A stretch of DNA of 64,000 nt from Paludibacteraceae bacterium (GTDB lineage Bacteria; Bacillota; Clostridia; Oscillospirales; Acutalibacteraceae), in contig CAVIZK010000006.1 in the NCBI GenBank assembly GCA_963647215.1, forward strand, positions 34,766 to 98,765. Reading direction: 5' to 3'. Position numbers and translations under genes: made by a program. The notes beneath the pieces were generated by a model. It did no database searches, was not told where the DNA came from, and saw only the letters and a list, made by a program, of their open reading frames with translations. Every line of letters begins with the position of its first letter. The first letter of the stretch is position 1. This document shows positions 27,327-37,266 of this stretch, piece by piece.

Positions 27327-28631
27327 TTATCCGTTAAAGGTTATACGATTGATTTTCAGGCTGCCCTTGCAAACGAGCTTGATTTCGTAAATACCCTGTG
27401 CACATTCCTTAAGCGGCTTATCGTCTGCAAGCACGGTAAGTTTGCCGTTACCGTCTGCGTCAAGCTCTATCGTGCTGTTTTCCTTTATATATGCATAACG
27501 GATGATTGCCGTGCTGCCGTTGCACATAACAAGTTGAGTACCGTCGATATAAGCACCGCCGTCCACCTCACAGGCACGCCATCCCTCAATTGCTTCGCCG
27601 ACTGCAAAAGGCTCGCCTGCACCCTGCGAAGTCATTTTCACCTCAGCAATGGTGCCGTCTTCATTGAAATGAATTTTTTCAACACAAAGCCTGCGGTTCA
27701 TTTTTTTATTTCTCGAACAGCGGTGATAAAAAACATACCACTGACCGTTAAATTTCTCAATGCTTCCGTGAATGTTCCAGCTCTGCGGATCACACTTTGC
27801 ATTGTCAACAATAATACCCTGATATTTGAACGGACCGAGCGGGGATTTGCTTGTTGCATAGGCAAGGCAGGTCGGTCTTTCGTGACGGTAAATGCAAGGA
27901 TATACATAATAATATGTATCGCCGTGCTTACGCATGGAGCTGCCCTCGTGGAAACCGTGCTCCTCCTCGGTTACAATGTTCTCGACAATATTCTTTTCAT
28001 CGAATGAAACCATATCGTCATTGAGCTTTACTGCATTTGCACGGAATTGACCCCAGTAATAATACGCACTGCCGTCATCATCAATAAATATTGCAGGGTC
28101 AATGCCGCCGATCGGAAGCCGAACGGGATTTTTGAACGGTCCGTACGGACTGTCGGAAACAGCAACGCCCTCACTGTAATCCGCCATACAAAAATATAGA
28201 TAGTATGTATTGTTTTTACAAATACAGTCAGGAGCAAAAAGAATATGCGGATTATTTATCATCCATCCAAATATATTCTCTATCTTAAGTACCTTTGTGA
28301 AAAATCTGCGGGGAATAAACATACTCCTTAGCATTTTCCTATAGAAAGGAGTAGGGTTATCCATACTCATATCAACAACATAATACTTTTGCTTATGCTG
28401 TTTTGAAGCCCATTCAACATCCTTGCCGTCAAAGGATTTGTCTCCTACTGTCCAGGTCAGCATATCAGATGTGGATACCACGTGATATTGTTCACTGCAA
28501 TATTCTCTTTCGCCTATATCACAGCTACCGTAAACATATAATCTATCACCGAATACATGCGCTTCACCGTCAGGTATACATATATCACTCGGCAAAACAG
28601 GATTACGCCCTGCACTGAAATGCTCTGTCAT
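27327..28631 (-). CDS. GH43-like five-bladed beta-propeller glycoside hydrolase (paralogue A)
   Basis: NPVLPSDICIPDGEAHVFGDRLYVYGS, GFHEGSSMRKHGDTYYYVY and GQWYVFYHR blocks plus a C-terminal beta-sandwich. Paralogous to the 31434-32918 gene. Substrate unknown. Confidence 0.7.
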   Translation of the reverse strand: MTEHFSAGRNPVLPSDICIPDGEAHVFGDRLYVYGSCDIGEREYCSEQYHVVSTSDMLTWTVGDKSFDGKDVEWASKQHKQKYYVVDMSMDNPTPFYRKMLRSMFIPRRFFTKVLKIENIFGWMINNPHILFAPDCICKNNTYYLYFCMADYSEGVAVSDSPYGPFKNPVRLPIGGIDPAIFIDDDGSAYYYWGQFRANAVKLNDDMVSFDEKNIVENIVTEEEHGFHEGSSMRKHGDTYYYVYPCIYRHERPTCLAYATSKSPLGPFKYQGIIVDNAKCDPQSWNIHGSIEKFNGQWYVFYHRCSRNKKMNRRLCVEKIHFNEDGTIAEVKMTSQGAGEPFAVGEAIEGWRACEVDGGAYIDGTQLVMCNGSTAIIRYAYIKENSTIELDADGNGKLTVLADDKPLKECAQGIYEIKLVCKGSLKINRITFNG

Positions 28632-28634
28632 TCT

Positions 28635-30092
28635 TTATTCCTCGTCATTCTTTTCATTTCTTGCCTTGATTTCAGCCTGCTTTTTATCAAGTCCTTTTTC
28701 AACACTAAGAAAGGCAAGCAAAGCAATCAGAACAATAGATGTTATCGTTTCAAGTCCGACAAATGAGAATGTGATTACATTTTTAACAGTTTCGCTCTGT
28801 TCTGCTGCTACTGTAACACCGTTCACAAGGCTTGGTGCAATATATCCGCTTTTTGCGAGCAGCATATTAAATAATCCCTGAACAATACCGACTACCGCAA
28901 CAGCAATAATATTGTATATGGACATTGCTACACCATCACACCTAAAGCCGTTTTTCCATTCAAGGTGGTCAAGAACATCTGCAAACAATGCCATAAATAC
29001 ATAAGCACAGGGCAGACCGCCGATATTTTTAATAAACTGACCAATAAGCATAATAACCATATTTGTAGGGAAAATCCAACAGATTGCACTGCCGACTGCA
29101 TAAAGTACAAAGCCTGCAAGCGTCAGATTCCGTTTGCCAAATTTTTTTGCAAGCGGCCATACGGCAAATATGCCGATACCCATGGGGATACCACCGATTA
29201 CAGAAAGCAAGGTCTGTGTTTTGCCGTCATTATATGTACCGAGCACATAATTGCAGAAATATACAAGGCTCATATTCTTAAACTGTGTACCGATTGTATA
29301 CACAAGGAAATAACCGAGGATGATAAGCATAAATTTGTCTGAAAATACTGCTTTGAGAAGCTGTTTATATGGCAGGGATTTCTCCTCAGTTTTTCCTGCG
29401 TTCTCAAGCGTTACACGCTCTTTGGTAAAATAATATTCAAGAAGTGTCAGCGGCAGTGCGAGTGCGGACAAAATACTCATCAGCACAATCCACTTGCCTT
29501 TATCAACACCGAGCATCGGCATAATAACCATAGGAAAAATAAGCGCAACAATAATACCGCTCATCATAATCGTTGCAATCTGATTGAAAACGGAGAGTGA
29601 ACCCCTCTGCTCTGTGTTTCTTGTGGAAAGGGGAACCATAAGACCATGGCTCATATTAAATATGGTATAGGCAAATGAGTAAAACAGATTATACGAAAGC
29701 ATTACCCAAATAACCTGCAGGGTCTGATTGCCGCTCGGAACAACAAATAAAAGTATTCCCGAAACAGTAATAAGCGGAGCCGAGAGCAGCAGCCATGGTC
29801 TTGCCTTGCCCTGCTTTGTTTTTGTGTGGTCAATCACATAGCCCATCACAACATTGGTAATTGCATCAACGATTTTTGATACAATCGGGAATACGGTCAA
29901 AAATGCGCCGCCCCAAATAGTTGTAAGCTTGAGCACATCCGTGTAATAAACATTAAGATATGTTGCAAGAACTGCATTTAAAAGCAAAGCACCTGACGGA
30001 CCAAATAAATAGCCGAGCCATTTTTCACTTGCCTTTACATCATCACTTTTCACTCTGCTGTTTAAAAGCGGTGAACTTAATTTGTTTGTCAT
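28635..30092 (-). CDS. Glycoside-pentoside-hexuronide (GPH) family cation symporter (MelB/XynP-like MFS)
   Basis: 12-TM protein. The N-terminus [32 protein letters not shown] and the [12 protein letters not shown] loop are typical of GPH carriers. Confidence 0.85.
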   Translation of the reverse strand: MTNKLSSPLLNSRVKSDDVKASEKWLGYLFGPSGALLLNAVLATYLNVYYTDVLKLTTIWGGAFLTVFPIVSKIVDAITNVVMGYVIDHTKTKQGKARPWLLLSAPLITVSGILLFVVPSGNQTLQVIWVMLSYNLFYSFAYTIFNMSHGLMVPLSTRNTEQRGSLSVFNQIATIMMSGIIVALIFPMVIMPMLGVDKGKWIVLMSILSALALPLTLLEYYFTKERVTLENAGKTEEKSLPYKQLLKAVFSDKFMLIILGYFLVYTIGTQFKNMSLVYFCNYVLGTYNDGKTQTLLSVIGGIPMGIGIFAVWPLAKKFGKRNLTLAGFVLYAVGSAICWIFPTNMVIMLIGQFIKNIGGLPCAYVFMALFADVLDHLEWKNGFRCDGVAMSIYNIIAVAVVGIVQGLFNMLLAKSGYIAPSLVNGVTVAAEQSETVKNVITFSFVGLETITSIVLIALLAFLSVEKGLDKKQAEIKARNEKNDEE

Positions 30093-30118
30093 AATTTTTA
30101 CCCCTCTGTTGTGATTTG

Positions 30119-31417
30119 TTAAATTACTTCGCCGTTAGACTCAATAACTTTTTTATAAAAATATGCCGAATCTTTAATCGTTCGCTTTTGCGTTTTGTAG
30201 TCAATATGAATTAAACCAAAGCGTGGCCCGTAGCCTTGTGCCCATTCAAAATTATCCATCAATGACCAATGTTGATAGCCAAGCACATCAATACCTTCAT
30301 TCACGGCACGCTTAACTCCACCAAGATAATCACGCAAAAATGCAATTCGTTTTTCATCGTGCACTTTCCCATCTGAACCTACACTGTCATCATTTGACAT
30401 TCCGTTTTCCGTAACCATAACAGGCAGATGATAACGCTCGCTGTAAAATCGAATTGTCCAATACAGCACATCGCCGTCAATCGCCCAGCCCATACTTGTT
30501 TTGTGGCTTTCATCCAGACTTCGTTTTGATACTCCGTATGGCTGATAAACATTAAGTCCCACAAAATCAAGCGGTTGATAAATTTCTGCCATATTCCTTT
30601 CGTGTGTTTTGAAAACACCGTAGGCTGTGACAGCTTTACCAAGTAAAATCGGGTCAAACCACCAACGGTTATTCATCAAGCCGATACCGGAATTGAATGA
30701 TTTATATCTTGCTTTTTCAATTTCTTCCTCGCTTTCATTTTTTGGAATAAAAGCTCTTGCCGCCATTGCAATTCCTATTTTTGCCGGTGTTTTCGCATAT
30801 TTACGAATAACTTTAACTGCCTTAGCATGTGCAAGCATACAAATTTGTGTTGCCTTTGAAATATTGTGAAGTCCAAACTTGAAAGGTGCATGTACTGCAT
30901 AACAATAGCCCAGCATAATAAAACATTGCGGCTCGTTCATCGGTATCCAATATGTAACCTTATCCGACAAGGCATCTACAACAATCTTTGTATATTTTTC
31001 AAAAAGCGGTATGATTTCTTCGCTCAAAAAACCACCTTTTTGATGTACCCAAATCGGCAAATCCCAATGATAAATTGTCACAAGTGGTTCGATATTCGCT
31101 TTTTTAAGTTCGTCAACCAAATTGATGTAAAAGTCCAAACCCTCTTGATTTATTTCATTTTCTCTCGGTTGAATTCTTGACCAACTCACTGAAAAACGAT
31201 ACGACTTCAACCCTAATTCTTTCATCAAGGCAATATCTTCCTTGACTCTGTGAAAATGATCGCAGGCGATGTGGCAATCTGCGCCTCCTTTAATTTTGTT
31301 TTTAGGTGCTAAATCCCAGATACTCGGTGCTCTGCCACCTTCGTTCCAGCCACCCTCAATTTGTGCTGAGACAGTCGCTGCACCCCATAAAAAATCATCA
31401 CTGAATTTATTTTTCAT
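30119..31417 (-). CDS. GH1 beta-glucosidase
   Basis: [15 protein letters not shown], acid/base MNEP, nucleophile VTENG, C-terminal DNFEWAQGY. Trimmed to ATG 31417 after AAGGAGA, which removes the overlap with the upstream gene. Confidence 0.92.
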   Translation of the reverse strand: MKNKFSDDFLWGAATVSAQIEGGWNEGGRAPSIWDLAPKNKIKGGADCHIACDHFHRVKEDIALMKELGLKSYRFSVSWSRIQPRENEINQEGLDFYINLVDELKKANIEPLVTIYHWDLPIWVHQKGGFLSEEIIPLFEKYTKIVVDALSDKVTYWIPMNEPQCFIMLGYCYAVHAPFKFGLHNISKATQICMLAHAKAVKVIRKYAKTPAKIGIAMAARAFIPKNESEEEIEKARYKSFNSGIGLMNNRWWFDPILLGKAVTAYGVFKTHERNMAEIYQPLDFVGLNVYQPYGVSKRSLDESHKTSMGWAIDGDVLYWTIRFYSERYHLPVMVTENGMSNDDSVGSDGKVHDEKRIAFLRDYLGGVKRAVNEGIDVLGYQHWSLMDNFEWAQGYGPRFGLIHIDYKTQKRTIKDSAYFYKKVIESNGEVI

Positions 31418-31433
31418 TATTCTCTCCTTTTCA

Positions 31434-32918
31434 TCATTCATTCTCCTTAAATTCTAATGAATATAAATTTACTTTTCCTTTTCCAAAAAACTTAATTGAT
31501 AATGTTTGCTTGTTTTTATTGGTGATTTTATAAGAAAAAGAAACAGTCAGCCTGCCGTACGGCGTTATATGTTTTCTCGAAATCAATTCATCATTTGCGA
31601 AAATTCGAATTTCACCGTCTGCATTTGAATCAAGGTCAAGGTTGATTGTGCCAAAATCTTTTTCAAAATCAAACCACTTATAAGTGATTGTGGTTTTGCA
31701 ATCTATATTTGCAATGAACCTCTCGTTATTTCTATGAGTGACCATCGGTATTGGCTTATTGTATTTTTTGTTTGAAACTCTCGGCATTTTGCCGTTTGTA
31801 ATATTGCAGGCAATAACTGCCGGATATTTTCCTTTTGCAATAAGCGGCTTTCCGTTCAATCCGCAGGAAGTGACTTCTACTTGTTCAATACTTCCGTCTG
31901 TCTTTATTTCAATCGGTTCTGCACACGCTTGCCGACTGTAATCACTGCCGTGAGTGAGTCTGTGATAAAACACATACCACTGACCGTTTATACACTCAAT
32001 ACTACCGTGCGTTGTACCAACGGTGTTTAGACTGTCTTTTTCTTTTCTGCCATTAAGTCCGATATCTCCTGCTGAAACAATCGTTCCTCCAAACTTAAAA
32101 TCTCTGTCAGGATATTTGCTTGTTGCATAACAAAGTTCGTGATTTAGTTGCGAAGAATAGATAAAGTAATATATATTATTTATTTTCCTTATAGATGCTC
32201 CTTCAAAGAAACCGTGTCCTTCAAAATCTGTGTCTTTTGTTTTTTCGGGAATAATGCGAACAGCGTCTGTGTTGACAGTCAGCATATCGTCGCAAAGGGT
32301 AATCATATTTGCACCCCAAACGCTCGGCTCTTCCAAAATTTCGTCCTTACTTTTTCCGTATATTTTTTTAAATATAGGTGCCGCAATTTTTCTTAACACT
32401 CTTGGCAAGCACATTCCGCAAGGCATTGCCGTTCCGTAATAAAGTCTTATTGTTCCGTTGTCATTCATCACGGCAGGGTCAAAGCAGACAAATTTATTAA
32501 ACATTGTTCCGTCTTGATTTTTAACATATCCCAGATATTCATATTTTCCGTCTGGCGTATCGCAAACTGCAACGCTTATCGGACCGAAATAACCACCTTT
32601 GCCCTTATATCCCGAAAGGCTGTAATATAGATAATATTTGCCGTCATTACCTCTAACAACATCGGGTGCATATAGATACGGTCTTTCTTTTGAATAAAGT
32701 GCATCCTGTTTTGCACTGTAATTTATTCCCTTACTGCTCCAATTACTCAAGTCATCAAGAGGTGCGGAAAAGAATTCATAATCAAGTTCGCAAAAGGTAT
32801 CGCCACCCTCGTTATCATGACTGCCAAATAAATATATCCTATCGCCGAAAATATGCGGCTCTCCGTCAGGAATATATTTATTAAGAGGTAAGAAAGGGTT
32901 ATACGCTTGCTTATTCAA
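31434..32918 (-). CDS. GH43-like five-bladed beta-propeller glycoside hydrolase (paralogue B)
   Basis: NPFLPLNKYIPDGEPHIFGDRIYLFGS, GFFEGASIRKINNIYYFIY and GQWYVFYHR blocks. Apparent TTG start at 32918 preceded by GGCGGTGA. First gene of the operon. Confidence 0.7.
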   Translation of the reverse strand: MNKQAYNPFLPLNKYIPDGEPHIFGDRIYLFGSHDNEGGDTFCELDYEFFSAPLDDLSNWSSKGINYSAKQDALYSKERPYLYAPDVVRGNDGKYYLYYSLSGYKGKGGYFGPISVAVCDTPDGKYEYLGYVKNQDGTMFNKFVCFDPAVMNDNGTIRLYYGTAMPCGMCLPRVLRKIAAPIFKKIYGKSKDEILEEPSVWGANMITLCDDMLTVNTDAVRIIPEKTKDTDFEGHGFFEGASIRKINNIYYFIYSSQLNHELCYATSKYPDRDFKFGGTIVSAGDIGLNGRKEKDSLNTVGTTHGSIECINGQWYVFYHRLTHGSDYSRQACAEPIEIKTDGSIEQVEVTSCGLNGKPLIAKGKYPAVIACNITNGKMPRVSNKKYNKPIPMVTHRNNERFIANIDCKTTITYKWFDFEKDFGTINLDLDSNADGEIRIFANDELISRKHITPYGRLTVSFSYKITNKNKQTLSIKFFGKGKVNLYSLEFKENE

Positions 32919-32930
32919 TATATCACCGCC

Positions 32931-32959
32931 TTGACATTTTTGTTTTATTAGATTATACT
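32931..32959 (+). promoter_or_regulatory. Near-consensus sigma-70 promoter for the TetR gene
   Basis: TTGACA (32931-36), 17-nt spacer, TATACT (32954-59). Confidence 0.55.
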
Positions 32960-32969
32960 TTAATTATAA

Positions 32970-32982
32970 CAACACTATGTTG
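32970..32982. promoter_or_regulatory. Candidate operator palindrome CAACA-CTA-TGTTG in the divergent control region
   Basis: 5-3-5 palindrome about 11 nt downstream of the + strand -10. It overlaps the minus-strand extended -10 TGTTATAAT (complement of 32963-32971). Confidence 0.35.
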
Positions 32983-33052
32983 GCTTAACAATCATCAGTT
33001 TACATAATAACGGCTATAAAACCGACACAATCAAACTAAATGGTGGAATAAT

Positions 33053-33622
33053 ATGAATACTAAAAATAATCAACGAACAAGACTTTCAAAATTACTTTTC
33101 AAAAATGCACTTATGGATTTGCTCAAAGAAAAAGGCTCCGTCGCAAAAATCTCCGTAAGAGAGCTTTGCGACAGAGCCGAGCTTAACCGTTCAACCTTTT
33201 ATGCACATTATAACGAGCCAAAGGATTTGCTTTATGAAATTGAAACGGAACTTCTTGACGCAACAGAAGAACATTTGAAAAAAATCGGCGAGGAAAATGA
33301 CGCAGGGGCACATAAATATATCCTGTCTTTTTTGCAGTATATCAGGCAAAATGATAAGCAATTCAGAACGCTTTTAATTGATTCTGCCGACCCTGAATTT
33401 CGTTCACGCTTTATGCAGCAGTCAATTATTCAGTTTGTCGATAATCTCAGAATCGAACTTCCAAAAGAGCTTGAACAGTACATTTTTTCGTACATACTAA
33501 ACGGTAGTACCGGAATTATTATTCAATGGATACGCTCTGACTACGCAGTAAATGAAAATGAAATAGTTAATCTCCTTTTTTCAATAAACCAAAGCGCACT
33601 TGTTAATCTTGATTTGACATAA
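33053..33622 (+). CDS. TetR/AcrR-family transcriptional regulator
   Basis: N-terminal HTH: LFKNALMDLLKEKGSVAKISVRELCDRAELNRSTFYAHY. Divergent from the glycosidase operon. Confidence 0.85.
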   Translation: MNTKNNQRTRLSKLLFKNALMDLLKEKGSVAKISVRELCDRAELNRSTFYAHYNEPKDLLYEIETELLDATEEHLKKIGEENDAGAHKYILSFLQYIRQNDKQFRTLLIDSADPEFRSRFMQQSIIQFVDNLRIELPKELEQYIFSYILNGSTGIIIQWIRSDYAVNENEIVNLLFSINQSALVNLDLT

Positions 33623-33630
33623 TAAAAAAT

Positions 33631-33941
33631 TAAGGCGCGTCCTACGCAAGCATCTAAAGACCATTTGCCCTCTACAAAATGTTGCTCCACGTAAGTAATA
33701 AAACTCTGCTTTTCAAAGAACGCATAGTGTCGACAGCAAGCGGTTCGGTTCTTCCGGTAGGTTTCTTGTCCTACTCTGGCTTTACCTTGCCGTGGTACAG
33801 GGCAACCGTGCCACGCTTAATTTCGTTACGTACCGTATTGGGAGCACAGCCAAGTTCCTTGGCAATTCGGTTTGCTTTCCATCCATCTTTCAGGCAAGTT
33901 TGGATAATAACTCGTTCTTCCAGTGTAAGATGTCTACCTTT
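33631..33941 (-). pseudogene. IS30-family transposase N-terminal remnant (no start codon, 1-nt frameshift, DDE domain missing)
   Basis: Minus-strand translation by hand gives KGRHLTLEERVIIQTCLKDGWKANRIAKELGCAPNTVRNEIKRGTVALYHGKVKPE*. A shifted frame continues RVGQETYRKNRTACCRHYAFFEKQSFITYVEQHFVEGKWSLDACVGRAL. The HTH-type N-terminus is typical of IS30 transposases. Reading stops abruptly next to the tetR stop. Confidence 0.7.
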
Positions 33942-33985
33942 TACAAAAAGCCAAAGGGAGAGACTTCCTTACGAAGCCTCTCCCT
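33942..33985 (-). terminator. Intrinsic terminator of the lipid-kinase gene
   Basis: Minus-strand hairpin AGGGAGAG...CTCTCCCT followed by TTGGCTTTTTG. Confidence 0.55.
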
Positions 33986-34036
33986 ACGGCAGGTCATTTT
34001 GTCTTTTTCCTTGTTTTTAAACGCGGTTCAGGAAGC

Positions 34037-35104
34037 TTACTTTCTGTAAGATCTGTTGAAAATAATGTTGTACGGATTGTACTTGGTAAGCAGGGTCTTC
34101 CAGGGTTCCTTATGCAGGAACGGCTTCTTGATTTCAAAATCCAGGGTGCCGTTTTTGCGGTCTTCCAGATAAGTGGAAGTGGATGGAATAACAAAGCGGT
34201 ATTCGTTTTCCATAATTTCAATGGTACAGCCATCTACGCGCTGGCATTCTCCGTCTACATTAATGGCACGCTTCTTTGGCTTCTTACGCTTGTCTTCAAT
34301 AGTCAGCTTCTTGCCACGCAGTACTTCTACATACGGGCGCTTCCAGTGGTCTCCTTTAACCTGCCAGTTCAGCATGGCAACTTTGAAGAGCACCGGCCAG
34401 GAAGTCATACGACGATATGCCACTACATCTAAGAGGTGATCTTCCGGATCTGCCCAGGGTGCAACCTTGATTCCGGAGCCATACCAACGGGAGTTACAAC
34501 CAACTACAAAGCAGAACGGGCCTTCAATTTTCTGTCCATCCAGGGTAACATCAAAGTCAAACTTGGTACGGGTAATGGCACAGGCAAGACCTGCCAGCAT
34601 GTAGGTAATGTGCCCCACTGCACCAGGAACTGACTTCATTTTTCCCTGTTCCAGGCAGGCTTCTGCATCAAAGCCCATGGAGGTCTGGTTAATAGCGTAC
34701 TCTACGCCGTTTTCGTGGGTGATCTTTAATCCGTCTACGGTCACCGCTGTTCCGTTAATCAGATCTTCTACCTGCAGGAACTGGTCTGCGGTACCAAACA
34801 ACCGGAGGAAGTCATTTCCGGAGCCCTTTGGTACAACTGTAATTTCTGCATTTGGGAAGCCTACAGCACCATTGCACACTTCATAGAGGGTTCCGTCTCC
34901 CCCTACCGCGTAGAAGCGAACCGGTTCTCCACCGGCTTCCGCAGCCTTTTCCTTGACAAACCGGGTTCCGTCTCCGGCGCAGGTAGTGTTGTAGATTTCG
35001 TAGTCAACACCGGTTTTCTGCACGGCCGGAAGGATGTAGTCATTGACAACATCATACGGGATGTTCTTTCCGGAAACCGGATTCACCACAAAGTAATGTT
35101 TCAT
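34037..35104 (-). CDS. Diacylglycerol/lipid kinase family protein (YegS/BmrU-like)
   Basis: VVNPVSGK N-terminus and AVGGDGTLYEV (the GGDGT motif) in the catalytic domain. About 50-aa C-terminal extension. Confidence 0.8.
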   Translation of the reverse strand: MKHYFVVNPVSGKNIPYDVVNDYILPAVQKTGVDYEIYNTTCAGDGTRFVKEKAAEAGGEPVRFYAVGGDGTLYEVCNGAVGFPNAEITVVPKGSGNDFLRLFGTADQFLQVEDLINGTAVTVDGLKITHENGVEYAINQTSMGFDAEACLEQGKMKSVPGAVGHITYMLAGLACAITRTKFDFDVTLDGQKIEGPFCFVVGCNSRWYGSGIKVAPWADPEDHLLDVVAYRRMTSWPVLFKVAMLNWQVKGDHWKRPYVEVLRGKKLTIEDKRKKPKKRAINVDGECQRVDGCTIEIMENEYRFVIPSTSTYLEDRKNGTLDFEIKKPFLHKEPWKTLLTKYNPYNIIFNRSYRK

Positions 35105-35127
35105 AACACGTACTCCTTTTTATTTGC

Positions 35128-36243
35128 TTATTTAAAATACATATAATACTGACACTTAATCATGCCGTTATATAATTTCCTCCGTTTATCCGCTTTTCGT
35201 CCGAACAGTTGTTCAAAGTCTTCCGCAGGGCTGATGATGTTATAAGCCCATCCACGTTCCCGTGGGAACTTTTCCCCTAACACCTGATACAGGCGATTTG
35301 CTTCTTCTAATTCTAATAAGCGTTCTCCGTACGGCGGGTTGACAATGACTGTCCCCCGATCGGACTTGCGCTGAAATTCCGAAATGTCTTTTACTTCAAA
35401 GGTAATCCGTTTGTCTACACCGGCGCGGCGTGCATTTTCTTTGGCAATTTCTACTGCGGCCGGGTCAATGTCTGAGCCATAGGCCTGGAAACTGCAATCA
35501 AAGTCGACTAAATCTGCTGCACGTGTCCGTTCTTCAGCCCAAACCTCCGGCGCAATCTGCGGGAAGGTTTCGGCTGCAAAGCGTCTGTGGATACCGGGCG
35601 CCATTTTCAGGGCCTGCATGGCCCCTTCAATTAAAATGGTGCCGGAGCCGCACATGGGATCATACAGCGTGTGATACGGCCGCAGTCTTGCCAAATTGCA
35701 AAGGGACGCCGCCAGGGTCTCCTTCATGGGGGCTCCGTTTGCCTGCAAACGGTATCCCCGCTTGTGCAGACCGGTTCCGGTGGTATCAATTAAAAGGCAG
35801 ACTACGTCCTTCATAATAGAAAACTGAATCTGGTATTTGGTTCCGGATTCTTCAAACCAGTTCAGCTGATATTTGCTTTTCAGGCGTTCTACCACGGCCT
35901 TTTTAATAATGGCCTGGCAATCAGAAACAGAAAACAGTTTTGAATTCAGGGAATATCCCTTTACCGGGAATGCATCCTGCTTTCCAATCCAGAGCTCCCA
36001 GGGAAGTGCCTTGGTTCCCTGAAACAGTTCTTCAAAACTTCTGGCTTCAAAGGTGCCGACTAAAATCTGAATCCGTTCTGCGTAACGGCAGCAGAGATTA
36101 GCTCTGGCTAAAATATGTTCATCTCCGGAGAAGAGTACCCGCGCATTTTCTGCCTGGACATCCTCTGCTCCCAGTTCTTTTAATTCATTTGCTATTAAAG
36201 ATTCCAGGCCAATCAGACATGGAACAACAAAATTCATATACAT
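35128..36243 (-). CDS. THUMP-domain class I SAM-dependent RNA (or N6-adenine-type) methyltransferase
   Basis: THUMP-like N-terminus, SAM site DPMCGSGTILIEG, catalytic NPPYGERL. The start may instead be the ATG at 36237. Confidence 0.8.
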   Translation of the reverse strand: MYMNFVVPCLIGLESLIANELKELGAEDVQAENARVLFSGDEHILARANLCCRYAERIQILVGTFEARSFEELFQGTKALPWELWIGKQDAFPVKGYSLNSKLFSVSDCQAIIKKAVVERLKSKYQLNWFEESGTKYQIQFSIMKDVVCLLIDTTGTGLHKRGYRLQANGAPMKETLAASLCNLARLRPYHTLYDPMCGSGTILIEGAMQALKMAPGIHRRFAAETFPQIAPEVWAEERTRAADLVDFDCSFQAYGSDIDPAAVEIAKENARRAGVDKRITFEVKDISEFQRKSDRGTVIVNPPYGERLLELEEANRLYQVLGEKFPRERGWAYNIISPAEDFEQLFGRKADKRRKLYNGMIKCQYYMYFK

Positions 36244-36330
36244 TTATAGTTAACTACCTTTACAAACTTTACATAAAGAAACCGCCAGGATCCCCTGACG
36301 GTCTGAATTGGGCATACCTAATATGTTAAA

Positions 36331-36359
36331 ATTATACAAATTTTTTTGGCTTCAGTCAA
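36331..36359 (-). promoter_or_regulatory. Near-consensus sigma-70 promoter for the methyltransferase gene
   Basis: On the minus strand: TTGACT (36359-54), 17-nt spacer, TATAAT (36336-31). Confidence 0.55.
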
Positions 36360-36406
36360 CAGAACCATAAAAATTGCTTGCTATCTTTCTAACAAAGAAA
36401 CCGTTC

Positions 36407-37255
36407 TTACAGCACACCGCTTGCGTGCCGCGTTACATGGCATCCTACATTAACGGATACCGGTAAACCGGCAATGTGGGTTCCGCTGTATTCAATATTA
36501 ACGGCAAGGCAGGTGGTTTTCCCACCAAAGCCCTGTGGGCCAATGCCGGTTTGGTTGATTTCTGTCAGCAGTTCTGCTTCCAAATCTGCATAAAACGGAT
36601 TGGCATTCCGCTGTTCTACCGGACGACACAGTGCTTTCTTGGCCAGATAGGCACAGTATTCAAAGTCTCCACCAATGCCGATGCCCAGCACCATGGGCGG
36701 GCAGGGATTGGAGCCGGCCTGACGAACCACATCTAAAATATATCCTTTAATATCTTCCAGACTTGCTGCCGGTGTAAACATCTTTAGCTGAGACATATTT
36801 TCTGAGCCAAAGCCCTTTGGTGCAACCGTAATTTTAATCTGATTTCCTTCTACCATCCGTAAATGCAGGATTGCCGGCGTGTTATCATTGGTGTTAACGC
36901 GGTTTAACGGATCTGCCACAACCGATTTCCGAAGGAAGCCCTCCTCATATCCTTTGGCAACGCCGGCATTAATGGCGTCTCCAATCAGTCCGCCTTCCAC
37001 GTGGACATCGGCACCCAGTTCAACAAAAACCACAGCCATACCGGTGTCCTGGCAAATGGGAATATCCAGTTCTTTGGCTGCATCTAAGTTTTTAAGCAAA
37101 TCTTGCATAATAGACGCAGGCAACTCCTCTGTTTCCTGTTGACATCCCTCGGCAATGCAAGTGGTTAAATCATTAGGAAGGATCTTGTTGGCACGAATGC
37201 AAAGTGCTGCCGTCAAATCAACAATTTCCTGAAATGGAATAGAACGAATACTCAT
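36407..37255 (-). CDS. Fe-S type (class I) fumarate/tartrate hydro-lyase, alpha subunit
   Basis: CQDTGMAV, APKGFGSENMS, GIGIGG and GPQGFGG blocks of the alpha-type catalytic domain. 282 aa. Confidence 0.85.
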   Translation of the reverse strand: MSIRSIPFQEIVDLTAALCIRANKILPNDLTTCIAEGCQQETEELPASIMQDLLKNLDAAKELDIPICQDTGMAVVFVELGADVHVEGGLIGDAINAGVAKGYEEGFLRKSVVADPLNRVNTNDNTPAILHLRMVEGNQIKITVAPKGFGSENMSQLKMFTPAASLEDIKGYILDVVRQAGSNPCPPMVLGIGIGGDFEYCAYLAKKALCRPVEQRNANPFYADLEAELLTEINQTGIGPQGFGGKTTCLAVNIEYSGTHIAGLPVSVNVGCHVTRHASGVL

Positions 37256-37266
37256 GTTACTTTCCT

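Noticed and set aside
33679-34049. Two + strand ORFs (113 and 85 aa)
   Set aside because: They are antisense to the IS30 remnant, whose minus-strand translation gives a recognisable HTH transposase N-terminus. The + strand products are low-complexity.
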